Part shown: positions 58,316 through 64,000 of the stretch, piece after piece
Numbering within the stretch: the first letter of the stretch is position 1
How the letters are laid out: every line of letters starts with the position of its first letter
Assembly: GCA_965219955.1 (NCBI GenBank)
Contig: OZ244799.1
Coordinates: 1,792,001-1,856,000 of the forward strand
Source of the DNA: a bacterium
GTDB lineage: Bacteria > UBA8248
Length of the DNA stretch: 64,000 nt
Direction of reading: 5' to 3'
Program-made: the position numbers and the translations under genes
The notes under the pieces: model-generated
Seen by the model: the letters and a program-made list of their open reading frames with translations, nothing else
Databases searched by the model: none
What the model was told of the DNA's origin: nothing

Positions 58316-59481
58316 AGCAGCCCGTCATGAAAACGCTATCAAACCGCGCGGTCGGGAAGATCGCGGTGAAGAAGGACACCGTCTTCTGGGACGGGGAGCT
58401 CACGGGCTTCGGGGTCAGGGTCTATCCCACCGGGAGCAAGGTCTACGTCGCCCAGGCGCGGGGTCCCGAGGGTCCCAAACGCGTGGCCGTGGGCCGCCAC
58501 GGGGTGATCAACGCCGATGAGGCGAGAAAGCGCGCCGCCCATGTCATCGCGCGTATCAAGGCGGGCGAGGAGGCAATCCCCAAGCCCATGAAACCCGTGG
58601 GAGGCCCCACGGTGGCCGAGCTGTGCGCGCGCTACATGGAGGAATACGTCTCGGTGCGGTGCAAGCCGGGCACCGCCGCGCTCTACCGCTCGGTGATCGA
58701 CCGCCACGTCCTGCCCGCCCTGGGCAGGGCGCCGCTGGCCGCGCTCTCGCGCGCGCAGGTGGCGGAATTCCACGAGAGCCTTTATGAGACGCCCGCTGTG
58801 GCGAACATGGCGCTCCGCGTCCTCTCCGCGATGTACGAACTCGCACGGAAGTGGGAACTGGTGCCAGACGGATTATCAAACCCCTGCAAGGCCCTTGTGA
58901 AATATCCCGAGCGGAAGCGCGAGCGGTTCCTGACGGATTCGGAGTTCACCCGCCTGGGAGAGGCGCTCGATGAGGCGGAGGCCCGGGGCGGTGTTTCCGT
59001 GTCTGCTGTGGCCGCTATCCGCCTCCTGGCGCTGACGGGGTGCCGCAGGAGCGAGATACTCAAACTACGCCGGGAGGACGTGGCGCTCGAAGCTGCCGAG
59101 CTCAGGCTGCCCGATTCCAAGACGGGCGCGCGGGCGGTCCCGCTCCCGCCGCAGGCGGTCGAGCTTCTAGTGAATCTCCTGAGCGCCCACGACGGCCCCT
59201 GGGTCATCCCGGGCAGGAAGCCGGGGACGCGCTTGAGGAACATCGACGAGGCTTGGCGAATGATAAGGGAGCGCGCGAGCCTGGAAGGCGTAAGGCTGCA
59301 CGACCTGCGCCACTCCTGGGCCTCGCGGGCGCTTGCGCTCGGCGAGGGGCTGCCCGTCATCGGGAAGCTCCTGGGCCACAGCAGGATGGAGACGACGGCG
59401 CGCTACGCGCACCTCGCGCGCGACTCGGCCCAGGAGGCGGCCGGGCGGGTCGCGGAGAGCATCGCCGAAGACATGCTGTAG
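58312..59481 (+). CDS. Tyrosine integrase 2 (paralog)
   Basis: WDGELTGFGVRV; TGCRRSE, DSKTG, HDLRH, LGH, ARYAH; ATGA overlap with integrase 1. Confidence 0.93.
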   Translation: MKQPVMKTLSNRAVGKIAVKKDTVFWDGELTGFGVRVYPTGSKVYVAQARGPEGPKRVAVGRHGVINADEARKRAAHVIARIKAGEEAIPKPMKPVGGPTVAELCARYMEEYVSVRCKPGTAALYRSVIDRHVLPALGRAPLAALSRAQVAEFHESLYETPAVANMALRVLSAMYELARKWELVPDGLSNPCKALVKYPERKRERFLTDSEFTRLGEALDEAEARGGVSVSAVAAIRLLALTGCRRSEILKLRREDVALEAAELRLPDSKTGARAVPLPPQAVELLVNLLSAHDGPWVIPGRKPGTRLRNIDEAWRMIRERASLEGVRLHDLRHSWASRALALGEGLPVIGKLLGHSRMETTARYAHLARDSAQEAAGRVAESIAEDML

Positions 59482-59854
59482 GGTCGCAGCAGGCGTGCCC
59501 CCCGTGCGCATCCCTTCATCGCTGCTCCTTCCCGGGAGCAGGAAAAACCACAAGAATACACGATAAAGGCATGCAGCTGGTTCCATGGAATATGCACAGG
59601 ATATACGACTCCTGTATAATCGGAACAGACGTTCACCGGGAGGTGAGCGGGTTGCCCGCCTCCCCCGGGGGAAACCGCGGGAGAGTGAAAGGGAGGACCC
59701 GGAAAATGAGGCAGCGCGCGAGGGGAGCCCGCCCAGGCTTGCAGCCGGAGGCCGCATCCCGGACAGTCCGTATTCCGTCATCTCTCACCTGTTTCTACCG
59801 CCCCCGAAGTTATTCTTCTCCACGCAACGAGGTTCCGGTCCCGGAGAGGGCGGC

Positions 59855-60436
59855 ATGAAGATCAAGAAGAATTTTTTGAGCCGTATCGCGCGTCGCAAGG
59901 GTGCCGCACAGGCTGAATCGGAAGAGGGGCACGGGATTCCGCCTCCGGCGGCCATCGAGCCGTTCGTTCCGGATGCGACGGGAATCCCGAAGGACAAGGA
60001 GCTTGGTTCGCACCGGGAACTGGAACTGGTCGCTTCCGGGGAGCCTGCGCCAGCCGGTTCGGCGGACGGCGCGGACGCGGTTGACGGCGGTGATGCTCCC
60101 GCCCCGGAGGCATTGTCCGAACTACCTCGTGGAGCAGCGCCGTATGAGGAATATGGCCTCGAACTCGAGTTGCTGAGCGGCACGGAATCAGAAGCGTCGC
60201 CCGAAGAACCGAATCTGTCTCCGGATGGATCGTCTCTCGGAGAAGAAGCCGCCGCCTCAGCGGCAGCCGGTAGCGTCGTGCAGGCGTCTGCGCCCGAGCC
60301 GGTTCACGAAGAAGACGAGAGCGTCTCGCTCGTGTCCGAAAGCGCCGCGGATGCGGTTGCGCCCGAGCCGGAGGTCATACGGGAGAGCGAACCGGAAGCC
60401 GCCGATGACGCCGTTGCCGGGGATGGGAGAGCCTGA
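59855..60436 (+). CDS. Acidic low-complexity protein with a basic N-terminus (probable 5' part of a split gene)
   Basis: RBS GGAGAGG; MKIKKNFLSRIARRK then E/A/P-rich; repeat SAADAVAPEPEVIRESEP shared with the next ORF. Confidence 0.6.
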   Translation: MKIKKNFLSRIARRKGAAQAESEEGHGIPPPAAIEPFVPDATGIPKDKELGSHRELELVASGEPAPAGSADGADAVDGGDAPAPEALSELPRGAAPYEEYGLELELLSGTESEASPEEPNLSPDGSSLGEEAAASAAAGSVVQASAPEPVHEEDESVSLVSESAADAVAPEPEVIRESEPEAADDAVAGDGRA

Positions 60437-60447
60437 GGGCGCCGGTT

Positions 60448-60858
60448 TTGCAAGATTCGCCGGATGAAGACGAGCCGCCGTTCGCAGACGAAGAAGCCGG
60501 CCCGGAGACAGCCGGAAGCGCCGCGGAAGCTGCTGCGCCTGAACCGGAACTCTCCAGGGAGAGTGAGCCTGCGGGATATGTCACGGGGGAGGTCGGTGAG
60601 CCCCTCGCGGCTCCGGTGACGCAGGACTCGCCGGATGAGTCCTTCAAACCCGCTCCCGCGGAAAACGGTATTTTCCCCCTCGTGCGGGACGCTCGCGGCG
60701 CGTGGCGGCCCGGCAGGGGATTCAGCGGGGGTGAATTGCGCGAAGCGGGCCTGAGCCCCGCCGATTCCCTGCGCCTGCATATCCGCTTCGACAAGCGCCG
60801 CCCCAACGCGCACTCGGTGAACGTCGCAGCCCTCGAACAGGCGAAGAACGGCGTTTGA
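60448..60858 (+). CDS. Acidic linker plus ribosomal protein eL13 (L13e)-like domain
   Basis: PLVR..GRGFSGGELREAGLS..LHIRFDKRR..NVAAL (60670-60858) follows the eL13 pattern GRGFS-x2-EL-x2-AG..I-x-D-x-RR..NV-x2-L. Confidence 0.8.
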   Translation: MQDSPDEDEPPFADEEAGPETAGSAAEAAAPEPELSRESEPAGYVTGEVGEPLAAPVTQDSPDESFKPAPAENGIFPLVRDARGAWRPGRGFSGGELREAGLSPADSLRLHIRFDKRRPNAHSVNVAALEQAKNGV

Positions 60859-60890
60859 GGGCCATGAACCGGCAGTGAAAGGGAGCAACG

Positions 60891-60995
60891 ATGAGCGAAT
60901 CCGTATTGGAATTCAAGAATTGTCACGGCTCCACCAGGTACGACGAGGAGAACAGGACCCTGCACGGCAAGGTTCTCCCTGCGCAGGGGATTTGA
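60891..60995 (+). pseudogene. HicB-like antitoxin N-terminal remnant
   Basis: MSESVLEFKNCHGSTRYDEENRTLHGKVL; RBS GGGAG; stops after 34 aa. Confidence 0.6.
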
Positions 60996-61012
60996 TTGCA
61001 TGCGAAGCCGAA

Positions 61013-61084
61013 GAGGACGTGGCGCTCGAAGAAGCGGAACTGAGGCTCGCGAGCTCCAAGACGGGCGCGCGTGTCGTCTCGCTC
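61013..61084 (+). pseudogene. Internal integrase remnant
   Basis: EDVALEEAELRLASSKTGARVVSL, 19/24 aa identical to 59074-59145. Confidence 0.8.
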
Positions 61085-61397
61085 ACGGAGCCGAACGAGA
61101 GCCGTCTGCCGATCACCGGTCCCCCGGGGTGTGTCCGATTCTCCGGGTAAGCGGCGGTCCTGGGCATGGGCTTTCATGGTTCAACTCTACGATTTGCAGT
61201 TTGAATTCGAGTGTAATCAGGAGCTCTGTCAGCCGCAGGAGTCAAGGTTTGCAGCATCGCACGTTCCTGGTGGTGCGGATGCGTTCCTGTGGACATACCG
61301 GGCCGTTGCGACAAAGCGCAGAATGCAGATAACATCGACAATCATCCACTCTGGCCTTGGCCGGTTCGTTTGCGTTTATCGGGAAAGGGGAATTTCG

Positions 61398-63872
61398 ATG
61401 AGGATCGCTTTGGCGGCCGTCGCCGCTTATGCAGTGCTGACGGTGATGATATCCCATGCCGGGCCTCTCGCGCCGGCCCCGCAGGTTATCGCCGAATACG
61501 ACCGCAAGTTCATCGAGCGGTCGGGCGCCCAGACGCTCGAGGAACTGTTGGACACCGGCATCATCCGCTACTTTTTCACCGGGGGACGAGATCTGCTCGT
61601 ACTGGTGAACGGCAGACCCTACGCCACCACCGGCCATAATCTGGACTCCCTGCCGCTCTCGGCCGTGGAGCGCATCGAGGTTCTGAGAGGAGAGAGTCTG
61701 AGCACGCTGGGCGGCCACGCCGCCGTAAACGGCGCGTTCAATATCGTGCTCAGAAAGGACCTGAACGGCTTCGAGGTGCGTACGGTTACGCGGATGCCGA
61801 GCAAGGACGGTGGCGACGGCTGGCAGGGCAGCCTCTTCTGGGGCGGCGCCGTCGGCAAGGGAGGACGCATGACCATCGGCGTGGACATATTGGATCGTCA
61901 GGAAATCCTCGGAAAGGACCGGGAACACAGCCGCTCCGAGTGGGTCAAGGGTGGCAGCTTCAGCCAGGCCAGGAATATCAGCGTCGGCGGCAACACCGTC
62001 TATGTCACCCAGAAAGACGACCAGGGAGAATTTGTCGGCTTGAGGTCGGTACCACTGGGGGACTGCGACCCGTCGCTAGGCTATGCCGGCCCGCTCAGCA
62101 ATCCGCCCGGTATCCGCACGGGCGACGAGGGCTGTGGTTACGCCTATGGAAACATCTGGTGGGACACACCCAGCTATGAGCAGAAGAGCGCCGTCCTGAA
62201 CCTGGAGTATCCGCTCGGAGAGGACGCCAAATTCCATCTGGACGCGAACATCAGTCAGGGCCACGGGGCGTTCCGCTACGCGCCGTCGATCGACGTGTTT
62301 TCCTTTACGCCGAACGAGACATTGCTGGATGAGCTCAAGAGAGCAGCAGGCTCAGACTTCCAGTTGGGAGAAAACGACGAATTCTCCGTGGGGCACCGCT
62401 TCATCGGCCACGGCAACCGTGACTGGGTGACGGACACCGAGGAATACGACGTTTCCGCAAGCGTTGAGGGTCGTCTGGCTGAAGGTCTCGGCTATGATGT
62501 GCGCGTCAGTGCCTACCGGCTGGACCATTCCGTGTCCGGCGACACCTTCGTGCATGCGGGCAGGATCAGGGAAGAGATCGAGAGCGGGGGTTACAACATC
62601 GCGAACCCGTTGGACCCGCGTAATTCCGCGGCGATCGAGAACAGCAGCTTGCAAGAGGAAAAAGATTCCAGTTCGGACTATCTCGGCGCCCGGCTGGCGC
62701 TGGAGGGCATTGGCTTCTCCATCGGCGGGCGCCCGGCGGCATGGACCGCAGGGGTCGAACTGGGGAGTGTGGACGCGCACCGCCTCCTGGTCTTCCGGGA
62801 CAGGGACGGACGAACCCATAAAGTGACCGAGGTGCTCGGTTCCGGCGGCACCAGCTATGCCGGCAAGCGCGACATCGCCGCGGCCTTTTGGGAGATGTCC
62901 CTGCCGCTGGCCGACAATCTGGAAATCAGGGTCGGGGGACGCGGCGATGAATACGACGATATCGGCGGATTGGAATCGTGGCGTTTTGGAGCCGAATACC
63001 GGCTGACCGGCATCGTCACGCTGCGCGGCTCTTGGAGCGCGGGCGACGCGTCGCCCTCCATGAGGCACCTCTACAGCGACGCGGCGCAGACCCACCCTTA
63101 TGTCGTTTGCGACCCCGGGAGCGGACCGCCGCCCCGCACATGCGATAGTCCGAACTACCGGCAGGTGACGCGCGAGACGAGCGGCAACCCGGGTCTCGAC
63201 CCCTCGGGCTCCGAGATGCTCTCTTTGGGCGCCGAGGCCCGCAAAGGGCCGTTCTATCTCGTCGCGGACTGGTACCGGCTCACAACATCCGACCAGGCGG
63301 GGCAGAACAGCGCCACCTGGGCCATGTTGAACCTGCAAGAATGCCAGGGCGGTAACCGAAACGACTGCATCGAGCGCATCGGCGGCGACATCACCATTCA
63401 CCACAGCTTTGCGAACATTGTCGATACCGATATTTCGGGCGTGAATTTCCGGTACGGCGCGCGGACGAGAACGGCGTGGGGCGTTATCGGGATGCGCGGG
63501 TTCTGGCGGCGCGTCATCAGCTCCGAACAGCAAATCGCGGACGAAAAGCAGCGGTATCCCCTCCCCAAGGATGCCGTCCGCGTCGTCGTCTCGGCCGGGC
63601 GCGGCAACCTCACCGCTTTCTGGTCCACGAACTACCGCTCCGAAATCGAGAATCAGTCGGACGAAGGGAGGTTCAAGTCCTGGACCGGCCACGATGTAAC
63701 ACTCGACTGGAAGCGGCCGCTGGGGTGGGAAGACGTGCGGGTGACCGCAGGCGTGTACAACGTCACCGATTCCAAGCTCTCGACGAATACAGCCAACCCC
63801 TCCCTTGTGGACGGACCCACCGCGGCCGGTTGGGGCCGCACCTTCTTCCTCACCCTCAACATGCGGTTCTGA
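61398..63872 (+). CDS. TonB-dependent receptor-like outer-membrane protein
   Basis: Signal peptide, LVLVNGR..LPLSAVERIEVLR, GNPGLDP, GVYNVTD, C-terminal FFLTLNMRF. Confidence 0.88.
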   Translation: MRIALAAVAAYAVLTVMISHAGPLAPAPQVIAEYDRKFIERSGAQTLEELLDTGIIRYFFTGGRDLLVLVNGRPYATTGHNLDSLPLSAVERIEVLRGESLSTLGGHAAVNGAFNIVLRKDLNGFEVRTVTRMPSKDGGDGWQGSLFWGGAVGKGGRMTIGVDILDRQEILGKDREHSRSEWVKGGSFSQARNISVGGNTVYVTQKDDQGEFVGLRSVPLGDCDPSLGYAGPLSNPPGIRTGDEGCGYAYGNIWWDTPSYEQKSAVLNLEYPLGEDAKFHLDANISQGHGAFRYAPSIDVFSFTPNETLLDELKRAAGSDFQLGENDEFSVGHRFIGHGNRDWVTDTEEYDVSASVEGRLAEGLGYDVRVSAYRLDHSVSGDTFVHAGRIREEIESGGYNIANPLDPRNSAAIENSSLQEEKDSSSDYLGARLALEGIGFSIGGRPAAWTAGVELGSVDAHRLLVFRDRDGRTHKVTEVLGSGGTSYAGKRDIAAAFWEMSLPLADNLEIRVGGRGDEYDDIGGLESWRFGAEYRLTGIVTLRGSWSAGDASPSMRHLYSDAAQTHPYVVCDPGSGPPPRTCDSPNYRQVTRETSGNPGLDPSGSEMLSLGAEARKGPFYLVADWYRLTTSDQAGQNSATWAMLNLQECQGGNRNDCIERIGGDITIHHSFANIVDTDISGVNFRYGARTRTAWGVIGMRGFWRRVISSEQQIADEKQRYPLPKDAVRVVVSAGRGNLTAFWSTNYRSEIENQSDEGRFKSWTGHDVTLDWKRPLGWEDVRVTAGVYNVTDSKLSTNTANPSLVDGPTAAGWGRTFFLTLNMRF

Positions 63873-63953
63873 GGGTCCGTTCGAGAATCTTCAGGGACAG
63901 ACGGTGGAGCGGAATCCGGTCGATGATGAATGCGGTTTTCCTGTAACTCCAAC

Positions 63954-63973
63954 CCCCGGTCCGAGCGGGTTTT
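63954..63973. repeat. Right copy of the 20-bp inverted repeat
   Basis: ccccggtccgagcgggtttt. Confidence 0.5.
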
Positions 63974-64000
63974 CTCCATCGCCGGCGTCCGCCGCTCCAT

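Noticed and set aside
61071-61397. Upstream extension of the TonB receptor ORF (likewise 52495-52866 for hydantoinase B and 59585-59854)
   Set aside because: Signal peptide, RBS or family start fits the downstream ATG; two of the extensions also overlap other features
63653-64000. Minus-strand ORF at the window edge
   Set aside because: Overlaps the receptor 3' end and has no recognisable motif

Overview
High-GC bacterial chromosome segment, mostly catabolic and transport genes: FdrA/DUF1116, an LIV-type ABC set without an ATPase, two TAXI-TRAP systems, a citrate synthase-aconitase-PrpF cluster, duplicated MBL hydrolases, acyl-CoA ligases and TauE exporters, and a hydantoinase/aminotransferase/deaminase cluster. 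Three accessory loci interrupt it. (i) Two stacked type II toxin-antitoxin modules at 9.4-11.3 kb. (ii) An AT-rich defence island at 39.7-44.3 kb (GmrSD-like DUF262/DUF1524, TIR protein plus Zn-ribbon, PD-(D/E)XK nuclease), whose cargo blocks are delimited by degenerate copies of the neighbouring gene ends. (iii) A block at 56.8-64 kb with two tandem tyrosine integrases, an acidic protein ending in an archaeal/eukaryotic ribosomal protein eL13-like domain, hicB and integrase remnants, and an atypical TonB-dependent receptor. Most long intergenic spacers are mosaics of several palindromic repeat families, some enclosed by IS-like terminal inverted repeats with 5-bp target duplications. No rRNA, tRNA or CRISPR array was found. 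All product calls come from reading motifs by eye, without database searches. A host-associated (e.g. sponge Nitrospinota-like) origin is only a guess.
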